DNA of 64,000 bases, from positions 7,905,599 to 7,969,598 of the forward strand of contig CAJINV010000001.1 of assembly GCA_905178155.1 (NCBI GenBank). The letters are read 5' to 3'. Made by a program: the position numbers and the translations under genes. The notes under the pieces were generated by a model, which did not search any database, was not told the DNA's origin, and saw only the letters and a program-made list of their open reading frames with translations. The DNA is from Amoebophrya sp. A120 (lineage: Eukaryota > Protista > Dinoflagellata). Shown piece by piece: positions 52,678 through 64,000 of the stretch; position 1 is the first letter of the stretch; every line of letters begins with the position of its first letter.

Positions 52678-54510
52678 ATGTCATCTCGTGGACGAAAGGT
52701 ATCTCCCTGCGCACTTCCGCTGCTGCTGTTCGTTCTCACTCAGACCCGAAACTTCATCGTCGAGGGGTCTTACTCCAGTTCATTTTTTCACCGCCTCGGG
52801 AGTCTCGGGAGGCGGCTACGGGTGACGGAAGACACACGCGAGCCCTTGGTGCTGGGGGAGAGCACGCCGAGCAACCAGCGCCTGTCCTTGTTTCTGGCTC
52901 GTCGCGCACCGGATTCTACTTCGGCTGTTCTCCCCGAAACGGAGGGCGGGGAGGACGATGCGAGAGTTGGCAGTAGCGGGGACCTTCAGCAGCAGCAGGC
53001 TCGTGCCGTACAGGGGACTACACGCAGAGAAGATGTCGAAATGGGACGAGACAACCAGTACTCCTACACCGCGCCGGTAGAGTGGGAAGGTTACAGCTAC
53101 TACGCTCCTCCCGAGGTCGTGGTTGCCAGCGGGCCACGACCTGCCGTGCCGGCGGAGCTCCAGGTGAACGCCCCTCCCGGCCTTGAAGAAAATGAACGTC
53201 ACGAGGCGTTTCTGCCAAGGCACGACGGAGGCCCGGCACCCCAGCTGGGCATGCGACCGATAATACAGCCGGGGCAGGAGGACCAAGACCAACGGCTGCT
53301 TCTCCCTGATAACGCGGCACAAGAACCCGCCCTTGAAAGCGGCGAAGCAGTACCGCGGCAAGAACTAGGACAACAATTTCCCGTGCTTTTGGGTTCGACG
53401 AAGGTTCTGCGCGAAAGTGGTTCGCCCGGGGAAGAAAGTGAGGATAGTCTGTTTTTGGAGCAACTTTTCCGTGTCCGTGGCAGTGCTTCCAAAGTGACCG
53501 CAAGATGTGCGGCGCTACTAACGGTGCTGGCGTGTGTGAGCGCGGGGGCGTGCGGCAGCGCAGTCGTGCTGTCTGCAACAACGGCTCTGCGACGCCCGGC
53601 TTCCTCTCCCACGGCACGGCCCGACGACTCAACTGCCGCGGTCTGGGACTTCGATTTCAGCAGCGGCGACGGCCAGCAACAACACGAGGATTCCAGCCAC
53701 CGGTTCGCGTCGTTCGATCAGGAAGATCACGACGCGCATTGTGCGGCTTTTGCTCGGCATGGCCGGTTTCAGTATGACAGTACCAGCCGCGACGCAGTCG
53801 AGGATCAGTTCGACCAATATGCGTTTTGGTTGGACATCGGGGAGCGGCTCTCGCAGTGTTTGCAACGGGAGCAAAGATCGGCTGTAGAGCAAGTGACTAT
53901 GCGCCGAGAAGAAGACCATGCCCACCTTCCGTCGTCCTCGTTAACACGACCAACAAAGGAACAAGATAACGGCGAGGGAAGTGCAGTCTCTCGTGCAAGT
54001 AATCGGACAAATGTTTCGGACGCAGACCTCGACTTGCGGCAGACTCTTCTTGGCAGACCGCATGCAGCCAAGCATGCGGTGCGCGATGAGTCACCGCCCC
54101 CCTTCGGATATGCGCGCGGAGAATTAAGACGAAAGCAGGATGAGAAGGAGACCAACCACAGTACCATTCCAAAAGGAACACGGACTCTGTCCGAAGCAGC
54201 GGTCACCGTCGTTCCCAACCCTTTTCTCTTCCGCACACAGACCGCAAGTAGCTGTCTCAGCGTGCCGCTTCACAATACCGACGCGCATGTTCACTTTGGG
54301 CCGCGGTGCGCCGTGTGCGTCACGGATTTACACGAGTGTGTCGCCAGGACCAGCAGGAGAGCAGTCTGCGACGCCGCGTGCATGGGTCTTGGTTTCGGAC
54401 TTCCCGTGCGCGATCTGAGATTGCAGAAATTCAGGCCCTGTCTAGAATGCAGCACGCAAAGCACGGCATGTTGGGACAGGTTTCAGCAGTGCCTGCTCTT
54501 TGTTCGATAA
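52678..54510 (+). CDS. Uncharacterised protein with signal/TM segments and Cys-rich C-terminus
   Basis: 610-aa intronless ORF. Hydrophobic ALPLLLFVL and CAALLTVLACVSAGACGSAVVL; about 9 Cys near the C-terminus. Confidence 0.6.
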   Translation: MSSRGRKVSPCALPLLLFVLTQTRNFIVEGSYSSSFFHRLGSLGRRLRVTEDTREPLVLGESTPSNQRLSLFLARRAPDSTSAVLPETEGGEDDARVGSSGDLQQQQARAVQGTTRREDVEMGRDNQYSYTAPVEWEGYSYYAPPEVVVASGPRPAVPAELQVNAPPGLEENERHEAFLPRHDGGPAPQLGMRPIIQPGQEDQDQRLLLPDNAAQEPALESGEAVPRQELGQQFPVLLGSTKVLRESGSPGEESEDSLFLEQLFRVRGSASKVTARCAALLTVLACVSAGACGSAVVLSATTALRRPASSPTARPDDSTAAVWDFDFSSGDGQQQHEDSSHRFASFDQEDHDAHCAAFARHGRFQYDSTSRDAVEDQFDQYAFWLDIGERLSQCLQREQRSAVEQVTMRREEDHAHLPSSSLTRPTKEQDNGEGSAVSRASNRTNVSDADLDLRQTLLGRPHAAKHAVRDESPPPFGYARGELRRKQDEKETNHSTIPKGTRTLSEAAVTVVPNPFLFRTQTASSCLSVPLHNTDAHVHFGPRCAVCVTDLHECVARTSRRAVCDAACMGLGFGLPVRDLRLQKFRPCLECSTQSTACWDRFQQCLLFVR

Positions 54511-55044
54511 GTAAAAACGAACCGATCGATGAACATTTTTGAAATTTGGTGTAAATTCCTCCAGGGGCAGCTGCCACGCAAGCAAAACGTTCGACGGTCC
54601 TGGACTATGGCGAATTGCAATTTCCGTAGGTACATCGGCGGCATCATGAATGTAGTGGCCCAATGGCTGTCGGAAGGAAGAATGTGTCGGGCACGATGAG
54701 TATGACTTTTTTACTTGTTGTTCGCTCGAATTCCACAGATTCATTCGAAAGTGCGTTTTTTCCCCGTTTGAAACACTCGCGGCAACTGCGCCTGAGAGCT
54801 TTGAGAGGATTTTTTTGAAGCTGTTGTGGTTTACAGATTTATGAGGAGCGACAGCGACAGCACAGCTGCAATTATGCCACTGCAAGAGTCCTGATACAAC
54901 GTGTCGCATGATGTACTGACTTGCTCAACATGCAGACTTGCAGGCCCCTTCCCCGCCGGCGGCCTTGTGCGTCGGCGCCCCTTTTTTTTCTCTGTACCCA
55001 AAGAGTGACTTTGGGTGAAGCTCCCCACCCTAGCGATTAGCGGC

Positions 55045-56265
55045 ATGGGTTGTGGCGCTTCCATACATCGGTCTTCGGGTTTCGACCCCTCGTTTCACGG
55101 CGGTCCGTGGGAACGCTTTGTGGACCAGAAGCTCTGCTCTTTTCCCGCGAACACCGGTCCGGACAAGCAGGTGGAAACGTTCCACTTTCGCCGCGTGCCG
55201 CAGGGTTACGCGACGTGTGGTTCGCGCTCGGGGCGGAACGATTATTCCTTTCACAAAGAAACAAACGCGCTGGTGCACCGGAGGGACCCGAATGTGGTGT
55301 GCACCGTGGGTGCTTCCATTAATATAGGAGGCTTTGGCGATTTCCACTGGAGCCACGGGTACGCGAGCCGGGCCGTAGCAGATTTTTCCGCGAAAGGGAG
55401 CCATCTGATGGGCCGCCCTGGCGGCACGTGGAGTGAGCACCTAAACATCGACATGTGCTTTCAGGGGGACGTGGAAATGGTGAAAGACTGGACCAAGACG
55501 CACACCATCGACGATCTCCGGAAAATTGTCGAACAAAAGGGCTACTCCGCCTTCACGGTGAGCAACGGACAGCCGGCAGCCTTCTCTCACGCCGCGCTGA
55601 AGAAGTTTCCTTTCCAGCTGACGCCGGAGCACTGCAAGCCCACCACTTACGGGTGCGCGCTGCACATTTACACGCCCCCAATGGAAGATCAGGAGAACGG
55701 GGGTTTCTTGACGAAAGAAGGCGCAAAATCAACATCTCCGCCGGTGACCGAGTTTCCGGAATCGCCGCTGATCTTGGTGTCCCCGGCAGTTTACGCGAAC
55801 AAGCGGATCGTGGGGAAGCAGGCGTCCCCGCAGCGGTTCCAGAAGTGGCGGTACGTGAATTTGGAAATCGGGGACGCGCACCAGCCGGCCGTGCGGGTCC
55901 GCTTCGACGGCACTTTTCTCGAGCAACCGAATCTGCAGGGAAAAGAGGGTCCGTTTGTCTTCGACGTCACGTTTTGGAAGTACCACGTGAACAACACGGT
56001 TGCATTGGTGCAGGAGGAGAGCGCGAATGTCGCCGAGTCCACCAGGAAACGGCACGGTGGCCGAGATTTCCAGGTCAACGCCGACGGGACGGTATCGCCC
56101 AAGCTGGCGCCCCATCTGGTGCTAGGCGCGGTCGCTGGCCAGGTGAGGTTGGTGGAGAAGGGAGACGCTATGCAGTGCGTTTTTGAGGGACTAAGTTCCG
56201 TGGACTCGTTCGGTGCTCAAGGGCAGCTGGACCCTGCTGCTATGCCGTTCCACATGGTTGAGTGA
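55045..56265 (+). CDS. Dually acylated (MGCGAS) protein with PAN-like and ricin-B/beta-trefoil-like segments
   Basis: ATG at 55045 gives MGCGAS, an N-myristoylation plus palmitoylation motif. NIDMCFQGD...GYSAF..ALKK is PAN-like; RDFQVNADGTVSPKLAPHLVLG is beta-trefoil-like. Confidence 0.6.
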   Translation: MGCGASIHRSSGFDPSFHGGPWERFVDQKLCSFPANTGPDKQVETFHFRRVPQGYATCGSRSGRNDYSFHKETNALVHRRDPNVVCTVGASINIGGFGDFHWSHGYASRAVADFSAKGSHLMGRPGGTWSEHLNIDMCFQGDVEMVKDWTKTHTIDDLRKIVEQKGYSAFTVSNGQPAAFSHAALKKFPFQLTPEHCKPTTYGCALHIYTPPMEDQENGGFLTKEGAKSTSPPVTEFPESPLILVSPAVYANKRIVGKQASPQRFQKWRYVNLEIGDAHQPAVRVRFDGTFLEQPNLQGKEGPFVFDVTFWKYHVNNTVALVQEESANVAESTRKRHGGRDFQVNADGTVSPKLAPHLVLGAVAGQVRLVEKGDAMQCVFEGLSSVDSFGAQGQLDPAAMPFHMVE

Positions 56266-57233
56266 GGTAAAGTAAGAAGTGTGGAGGACGCCAAAACTTA
56301 CTGAGTCGGCCTGAAGTGAGAAAATAAAAGACAAGCACAAGGTAGAAGCGAAGTGAGACGTTCTTTTTGGATAAAAAAATTTAAACTTGAACAATTTGCA
56401 CTACAAGTAGGAGTTTTCTTTCATCAAGCGCGCCCTATAGACACGCCACAGAAACTTCGTATTCGTGCTCGAGTAACGTTCTTGTGTAAAAAATCGTACA
56501 GTGCGGACTCGTGCTTTTGGGAAAATCGTACAGTAACTTTCTTTTGTAAAAAATCAACGTGCAGAGTCGTGCTCGTCGCAACTATCGTGTGTTCGAAACT
56601 AAAGAACCTTAGAAGATTAAGTGACTCGAGGGATAATTTCTGACATTGACTGATCATCGAGGTAATGGATGCTGGGGTAGTTTGTAAGGCTGAGGAGCAT
56701 GCAGTAAAACGGTACAAAAGCTGCAAAACAGAATAAACTCAGACGTCGGTGGGTTCTTTTCCTTATAGCCGTGCACGTGGCGGAAACATGATCTCTGGTC
56801 CTCTAAGGGATCCCATTCCATTCGTTCAAAACAATCCAACAGGTCTCCAACAGAACCTTCTACTTCCAAGAAGCAAGTAGCAATTTGTTTCTTTAGAATA
56901 GACAAGCATCCAAGCCTCCTTTCCTGGCGAAATCGGAGGTTTTGGTCCACAGCAGTAGCGTTTTTTTGATTCGTGCGGATTTTTTTGGCTAGAAAGTCCT
57001 ATTAAATATTGTTGGCTTTTTCGACGCCTCCGTCGCTTATTCAAGCCATTTCTTTGCACGCGAATCCGAATTCATCTTGATCCACTTTGCGTGCACGACG
57101 GAAATAAAAGCTTGACTGCTACAACATTTGCATTGCTTTATACGTATATTATCGGCATCAACTTTATATCAATCATCGCATATCGCCTCCTGTTACTCAG
57201 CTCGATCTTTTTTTCAAAAGATCATCTTGTAAA

Positions 57234-59883
57234 ATGATAAACACGTGGGAGGCGATCCACGGGAAGGCGACGAAGAAGATCCCGAAGTCTCATTCCGTCC
57301 AGTTCCTAAAGCTCAGCAATGGTGGACAGGGACCCACGGTCGGCCTCACGCGCATGTCGCGGGGTAGGCAGAAGGAGACGATTTTCAGCCCCGCGCAGAC
57401 CGAAACTGGGTTCCGAAAATCCCGACACCGTAGCCCGAGCCCGCCCGGCTCTCCCACTGCGAAGAAGCACAAGAAGCCCGAGTTTTACCTGCAAGAGTGC
57501 GAGGTGCCGCACAAGAAAAAGCAATCGCTTTTCCAGATAGTCGGAAACGAGATTGGGGTAGAACGGATCGCAAAAGTCTGTCTAAAGGTGTCAGAGGAAG
57601 ACCCGCTCCTGCAGCCTCTCAAAAAGGAAATCAACATGCCGCTCGCAAAAACGTATTTTGGTTTTTTAAGTAGTACCTCTGTGCAGTTTTATTTGTGCTC
57701 GCAATATATAAGAAAACTGATGAGTGAATTCAGAACTTAGCCCAGTGCAATACAACCTTGGATGATTATTTTCGGCGGGAGGACTGCGGGCTAAACCTAA
57801 AAGAGATGATTTTTTTGACACACGACACGAACTACTAAACAGGTTAATGGCCTATCTGCTTGGCCAGAACCTGCCGGAGTTCGCGTCCAATCTTCCGGAG
57901 TTCAAGCGGGAACTGATACGCGCGCGGGACCACTACAAGCTGACAGGGGAGCACTTCGACAAGATGCAAGCGATGTTCCAGAAGGCGGTGCACGGCCTGT
58001 GCCACAATAACGCCACCCGGCTCGAGTGGGACACGGTCTCGGCGTGTTTTCGCCGCGAAATCGAGCACGGCGACCTCCACGCGGTTACCGATAAAAGGAT
58101 ATGCGCCTTCGAGATAGTGCTCCGAGGACTTAAGTTCGTGCCACACGACGGCGACGCGAAGAAAATTATTGTGGACATAATCATGATAGCAAAGCAGCTG
58201 CCGGATCCGGATATCAAGAGTATCTAATGTTGTAGTGGATTATTTCTCTTTTGGTGCATACTGACAAATGAAAATTGCATTGATTTCTTTTGCAAGTAAA
58301 CAATAACCACGATGTAGCAAGCACGGACAGTAGATTCCTTGAGCAATTTCCATAGTCCAACTCATCCCTAAAAATTAACCACAGGAGCTGTGATGCGGAG
58401 TTTCTATCCGGAGGCTTTGACACTAACGGAGTGTGCGGTAAAGGGAAACGGGTTGCTGATAAGATTCCAGCTCCTTCCGGAGCTCTACGACGACAGAATC
58501 ACCCTGAAGCAGACTGATTTCGGCCACACCAAGCAGTTTCTGGACCAACTGCACCGACAGTTCGATCCGGACGCAGACCTGGAGGCGGCAGCAGAGATGG
58601 TGGATGTTAGCGAGGAGGAGCAAGATCCCAGGATATTAGCGTACTTTTTTGAAAACTTTTGATTTGACTTTTTTCAGAATGAATTGGAAATCAGAGCAGA
58701 AAAAATAGGCGCAGGCACTATAATTTCACTATAGGGCCACAATGTGGCGCCACGGCCGCCATAATCGTTTATCATGCATATGCATAACCTACGACCGCGA
58801 AAAGATTTTACCGAAAAGCATACACGCACGACAAACGAACAGCGCCAAGCAAGAGTGGCAAGACAAGGCCGCGGCGATAACACAGCCAATGGATAGCCTG
58901 ATTCCAGTGGAGGAACCGGATTACGATGGGATGCAGCTCGAAACCCAGCTTGCCGAGACGCTGCACCCAGGACCGAGCATTTTGGAGCTTTACCCGAGTC
59001 TCCCAAGCTTCGAAGGGGACCAAAAGTACTATAACAGATTTGAATCTGCTTTTCTTTTGAATTCAAAAAAAAAAGAATCAACTCAAAAGTTGCAAAACAG
59101 GGACGATTTCCGAACATTCTTTTCATCTTTTGAAAAATTTTCTGACCTACCACAGGATCGTATTCGAAGAGCAGAACCGTAGAATACAACTTTTGGAGCA
59201 GCAGCTGCACAAACTCTCGCAAGTCCACGCGAAGGAGCTCACGCGAACGAGAAAAATGCTGATGCTGGCACAGGTACTGACAATAAATTCTTCGGTTGTG
59301 GTGCTGAAAATGTTGGATTACGTTTCGTTGCGGACGATAGATGTCAGGAATGCCATACATGCAGTCAACCCCGACTTGCGTCTAGAGACTCAATTGAAAA
59401 ATTCGATGTTAAGAAGATTATGATTTGAGACTCTCCTTTCTACCAATTTCCCAGGATCGCATTGGTGAATTGGAGGAAATGACCACGCTACTGCCGACGG
59501 AGGCGGCGCAGGCCCAGAATCTCGTCTTTCGCATCACGCAGGATAGCATCCGGCGCAGTTTGCGACAAGGCGACGACGACTTGGACAGCGAGGCAGCGTC
59601 TCTTCAGATGCTGGAGTCCTGCCCGACACCGTCGCTACTCCCAACTACCTCCGCGGCCGGGTTTCACCAGGCGGCGGCGCGGACGGATAGCGGCAGCGCC
59701 AACACCACGCAGTCACGCCTGATGCCGGGCGAGAGCATCGACACCAAGCTGAAGGAGTGGATCGAGGTGTCGAACCGGTTTGCGGACGCGCAGAAGTCGC
59801 CCAGAGCCTTTGACCGGCCGAGCAGCGGCGGGAAATCACCCGGCAGATCGCCCAAATCAGGCTCGAAGAGGATGCTGGGTTGA
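57234..59883 (+). CDS. Uncharacterised coiled-coil protein; 6 exons
   Basis: Frame-consistent GT-AG introns at 57653-57842, 58220-58384, 58641-58734, 59026-59155 and 59274-59454. Confidence 0.6.
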
Positions 59884-60772
59884 GAGAATTGGCAGCGGAT
59901 TTTGCTTGTGATACCTAGCAAACCACCATGCGAATCTTTTTGAAAAGTAGAACCACTTCTATACTACTACTGGTACAAAAGAAACGAGAAATCATGTTTG
60001 TAACACTCGTCTTGTAGCTGGTATGATGATGTGTTTGTACAATTTTTTCTGTACAAATGAGTAGAGTACCAGGCACAAAGCTACAACTGGTCGTTTCCAA
60101 ATTTCCATTTATCAAACAAGAATGTTTTTGTGTTGAGGCGCGGCCTGTCTTTCGCGCTGACCGCGCCCTCGTCACAGAAATACTGGAAGTACTCACTTTC
60201 GTTTTCGCGTGTTGTCATATGCACAAAATGCTTTAAAAGGTTTCGCGGACGAGCTTGTAATTCATTGTACGATCACATGTATCCTATTGATGTTTTCGCA
60301 AACGCCCTGTATAGTGGTTTTGTTTCGATAACTCGTATGCCTGCTCCATAGTGCTGTTGTAAGGGCTTCCGCTCCTTGCATGATTTGATGTGGACACTGA
60401 TGTTGTGTTCTTCATGCGGACTGGAGAAGAGAGAAGATGAAAGTTTGAGCGAAGAGATTAGCAAGCAACGTCGGAGGGCGGTTGTGAAATTGAAATTGAA
60501 ACGAGAAATTTTTTTTCAGCCACTTGTACTCTGAATGCACGTACTCAGTTTAATGCTGCACCAATGTCATTCACCCAAAATGAATCTTCGCACTGCAGGG
60601 CCCCATTAAAGTCTCCGTTATAGTCGGTCGCATTCCATATCATCTCGTATTCCAATTGAAGAAGCCGCAAGGTTCTTCTTATTTGTACTGAAAATTGAAT
60701 ATTATTTGTGAACTACAGGTTCTTCTTCCACTTCCATTTCCTTTCGCTACTTCTATTTAACTCTTTTCGCTC

Positions 60773-61744
60773 ATGTCGTGCTTGGACGGTAATAACTGGT
60801 GCGCCTGGTGCCTGGAAGACGACCGCCGCCGGCGTCTTGGGCGTAACAAGCAGAACGTGAGGTACCGCAACATGCTGATTGCCGCCACCGGCACCTACTT
60901 GTTTATTTGCATCTTGCTGACGACGGTCCTGTATGCAGCCCGCCGATCCATGACCGTGCTGCTCTTTAACGGCATCCAGGGATTTTTCGTGGGCTTGGCC
61001 GGCGTAACGACATGTCGGGCGTGGTTCGTCGGTATGCTCGCCGCGTTTGGCGGGTACGCGAGTGTAACCGGGATAATATTGCTCTACGCACTGCTGATCA
61101 CAGCCTTGCAAGGGGACGGCGCGTTTCTGCTTCTTCACGGCTCGATGATTGTTGCTATGGACGGTCCATACCTGCTGATCTACTCGAAAACCGTCTACGT
61201 TTTGTACAAAGAGTACTACAAGCAGCCAGCCGTCGGCCCGCACCAGATCGCGGACAACAGCAACGTCGTGATTGTGTATCTGGATAGCCCAAGTGCTGGG
61301 AACCACCGGACCAGTAATTATAACTCGCAAGGACAGCAGCAGCAGGAGATAGCATCCTCGGGAACAGCACCTTCTGCTCCGATCGGGACGGGGAATAATC
61401 CTGCGACCCTACAGAACACCGTAGTTGGACAGCCAGCAGGGAATTTTCATGACCCCGCGGTGGCAGGGGCGGTCGCCGCCATCGGTCCAAGGAGCACCAG
61501 TCCGCAAGGCGGTGGAAATCAGGTCGCCGTTTTAAGACAGCAAAACAGCAACAGCAGCCCCGTGGTGATACCGGAGGGGGAGTATCCGTGTCCAATTTGT
61601 TTGATCAACAGGCGAAACGTGGCCATGGTGCCCTGCGGTCACCTGTGTTGTAGTTCCTGCCAACCACAAATTCACAGTGCACCAAGGGTCGAATGTCCGC
61701 TGTGCCGGACGCCCATACGAGGCTTTCAGAAGCTGTTTCTTTGA
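60773..61744 (+). CDS. Membrane-anchored C3HC4 RING E3 ubiquitin ligase
   Basis: About 4 N-terminal TM helices; C-terminal CPICLINRRNVAMVPCGHLCCSSC...CPLCRTPI. Confidence 0.85.
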   Translation: MSCLDGNNWCAWCLEDDRRRRLGRNKQNVRYRNMLIAATGTYLFICILLTTVLYAARRSMTVLLFNGIQGFFVGLAGVTTCRAWFVGMLAAFGGYASVTGIILLYALLITALQGDGAFLLLHGSMIVAMDGPYLLIYSKTVYVLYKEYYKQPAVGPHQIADNSNVVIVYLDSPSAGNHRTSNYNSQGQQQQEIASSGTAPSAPIGTGNNPATLQNTVVGQPAGNFHDPAVAGAVAAIGPRSTSPQGGGNQVAVLRQQNSNSSPVVIPEGEYPCPICLINRRNVAMVPCGHLCCSSCQPQIHSAPRVECPLCRTPIRGFQKLFL

Positions 61745-62267
61745 TACGTGTTTCCCTTATTTCTTCTTCTCGCTTTTCGTTTACCCACTGACCCTACCCG
61801 AGTCTCTCGAATTGTAAATGAAGTATGAAGATTTTAGAAGATTCTTTCTCTTTTGGAAAGATGTACATGCTTACCCAACTCCCTTGTACGATTCTGACCT
61901 CGCCGTTTCCGTGAAGTTTTCAGAGAGTTTTGGATGAGCCCTTGACCGCACGATGGTTCCTCGAGTAATTTGCACTTTAGTGCTACGGATTATGTTCTTC
62001 CAGAAATCGTGTCACCTTCGCCTTTGCAAATTTCTATTGAGGGGAGAGCGCACGCGAGAGACAATCGTCGCTGAGTGCCTGTCGACAACGACAACTAGTG
62101 TTGCTAGTCAGTGTCGCCTCGTTATTTTTTGGAACACTCGTGAAGCGCTGACGGCATAAGGCTCGTGAGATCCTTATCGTCGTTTGATTTTCCGTCGGGC
62201 AAAATGACAATGATTTTTTAGTAAGAGAGAAACCCGTCTGTTTTGAATCAATAAACGCGAGTAAACT

Positions 62268-63868
62268 ATGGCAGACGCGGAGGAGCAGCCTCCGGAGGCT
62301 GCCGCTGCTGAGGAGGCTGCGCCTGCCCCGGAAGGCGGTGATGCCCCGCCAGCAGAAGGGGAGGCACCGCCGGCTGAAGGAGAGGCCGCTCCGGCGGCTG
62401 AAGGTGAGACCGCTCCGGCGGCTCCGGCCGAAGGCGATGCGGATGCCGCACCCGCAGAGGGCGCTGCACCGCCGGAGGAAGGAGCTGCCGCACCCGCGGA
62501 GGGCGAGGCCGGTCCCCCAGCTGAGGAAGGTGCAGCCGTTCCGGCAGAGCCGCCAGCAGAAGAAACCGCACCCGCTCCGGCGGCCGAAGCGGTCCCACCA
62601 CCCGTGGTTGAGGAGACCGCGGCACCCGCCGAAGCTGCGCCGGAGCCAGCAGAGGGGGAATCACCCGTGGCGGACGCACAGCTCGCGGTGCCAGAGGAGG
62701 AGGAATATGTGGAGCCAGAAATCGATCTCACACCAGATCTCGAAGCGGCGCTTGCAGACTACCAGGAGCGAATTGAGGGTGAGTGTATCCGCAGTGCCGT
62801 AAAGTTTCGCTCCGGATTTCGCCTTTCAAGAGTTTTCACGATGATTGATCAGGATCATAGTTTGATGTTAGCAGAGAGGACTCTGTGACTTCCCTCTCCC
62901 TCAATGGAGGAGAAGTATGATATGACTGTCTGCATACACGTGTTTCGTACTTCACAGGACTCCACCAGGATAACCTTGCGTTGCAGAAGCGCGTGATCCA
63001 ATTCAAACACGCAACCCAGAAGGGCACGCAGAACGCCGCCGATTTGGAGACGCAGCAGCGAGTTACCGAACACAAATATTTGAACGTCTTGAGTCACGTG
63101 CATCAGGTAAGTTATTTGGAGGAGTCATTCTGCTATTCATTGCTTTCCATTGATTCACAAGAAATAAACAGATGAAGTGCCTCTTCACTCGGAACAGAGT
63201 TCTTACACCGCTCCCCCTACTCCATACCAGATCCGCGTGAAGCTGCGTACGCAGCAAGTGCGCGCCGCCCGGATTTCCGAGGAGCTGCGAGGGCAGCTGG
63301 AGGACAAGCGAGCGAAGGCGATCGAGTGCCGAGAGAGTTTTCGCGACTTCAAGCGACATATCAAATGTAAAAATGTCTGGGTCTGGAAACTTGTGATGCT
63401 GTGTGGCGTATCATGAGGAGGCGACAATTGCTGGCTCAGCATGACAAGTTTCTGAGCTTCTAGGTGTTGCCTATTCTGCATGACAAACTACGTTTCTGCA
63501 TGACAGAAAAGTGGGGCTCTTTGGTAATGTGCATGACAGATTTAAGAGCCATGCCAGACAAGCATGACAAACTTGCATTCTTCCAGACCCAGACATTTTT
63601 ACATTTGATACGACAAGTGGCGAAGAACGCGGAGTATTCCAGGACGGGGAAAAACATACCCGGGAAAATCATAACGGAAATCGAGAAGTTTGAACAAGAG
63701 AAGGAGGGGGAGGTCGAGGAGGTCCGCGGCGCCAACATTAGTCTGAAGAACCGACTGGCGAAACTCGAGCTGCAGCTGAGGAAAAAGGACGAGCTCGCCG
63801 AAAATCTCCACGTCATCGACTTTGAACAGCTCAAAATCGAGAATCAGACGCTCAACGAGAAAATCGAG
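62268..63868 (+). CDS. CCDC96: Ciliary coiled-coil protein CCDC96/CFAP184 (DUF4201); continues beyond window
   Basis: A/E/P-rich N-terminus; KKDELAENLHVIDFEQLKIENQTLNEKIE is the CCDC96 signature. Contains GT-AG introns and one introner. Confidence 0.8.
63359..63610. mobile_element. Introner/MITE, family A2 (252 bp)
   Basis: Perfect 30-bp TIR TATCAAATGTAAAAATGTCTGGGTCTGGAA; TSD CGACA. Excision gives DFKRQVAKNA. Confidence 0.96.
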
Positions 63869-64000
63869 GTGGAGTTTTTTTCGCAATTTTTTTGTCAGAT
63901 TTGTATACTTATGCATGGACGCAACAATGACGGAGACTGACTTCTCATACATTCTCTGTTCACAAGTGCAAATTTTCACCGACCCACTCACCACAGGAGC

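Noticed and set aside
62268-62700. A/E/P-rich repeats
   Set aside because: Ordinary low-complexity N-terminus typical of CCDC96-like ciliary proteins.
13075-63834. Recurrent ORF peptides IKCKNVWVWK / FQTQTFLHLI / VMPDKHDK on both strands
   Set aside because: These are translations of the introner TIRs and interiors, not a protein family. The elements are too short and stop-ridden to encode a transposase.

Overview
Gene-dense eukaryotic DNA from a flagellated protist. The architecture resembles what is known for the parasitic dinoflagellate Amoebophrya (Syndiniales); that assignment is an inference. About 16 protein-coding genes lie head-to-tail, all on the + strand: a PPR-like protein, an ODAD1/CCDC114-like outer-dynein-arm docking protein with EF-hands, MCM7, a Cid1/TUTase-type nucleotidyltransferase, a polytopic membrane protein, a Regnase-like PIN+CCCH RNase, a DUF2237-like secreted protein, two PH-like paralogs, a ~14-kb gene, a RING E3, CCDC96 and several unknowns. 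Main result 1: at least 25 MITE-like elements (146-415 bp, TAT...ATA terminal inverted repeats, 5-bp target-site duplications) sit inside coding exons. In every case removing the element plus exactly 5 nt restores the reading frame, so they behave as non-canonical introner introns. They mostly lack GT-AG, occur in both orientations, and older copies keep the ends and the +5 offset after the duplication has decayed. Main result 2: applying this rule joins scattered ORFs at 37.9-51.8 kb into one ~3,250-aa receptor-like protein (one junction unresolved) with a Cys-rich/PAN-like ectodomain, about 3 TM helices and a C-terminal RelA/SpoT-type synthetase domain whose G-loop is altered. All gene models were built by eye and lack transcript support.
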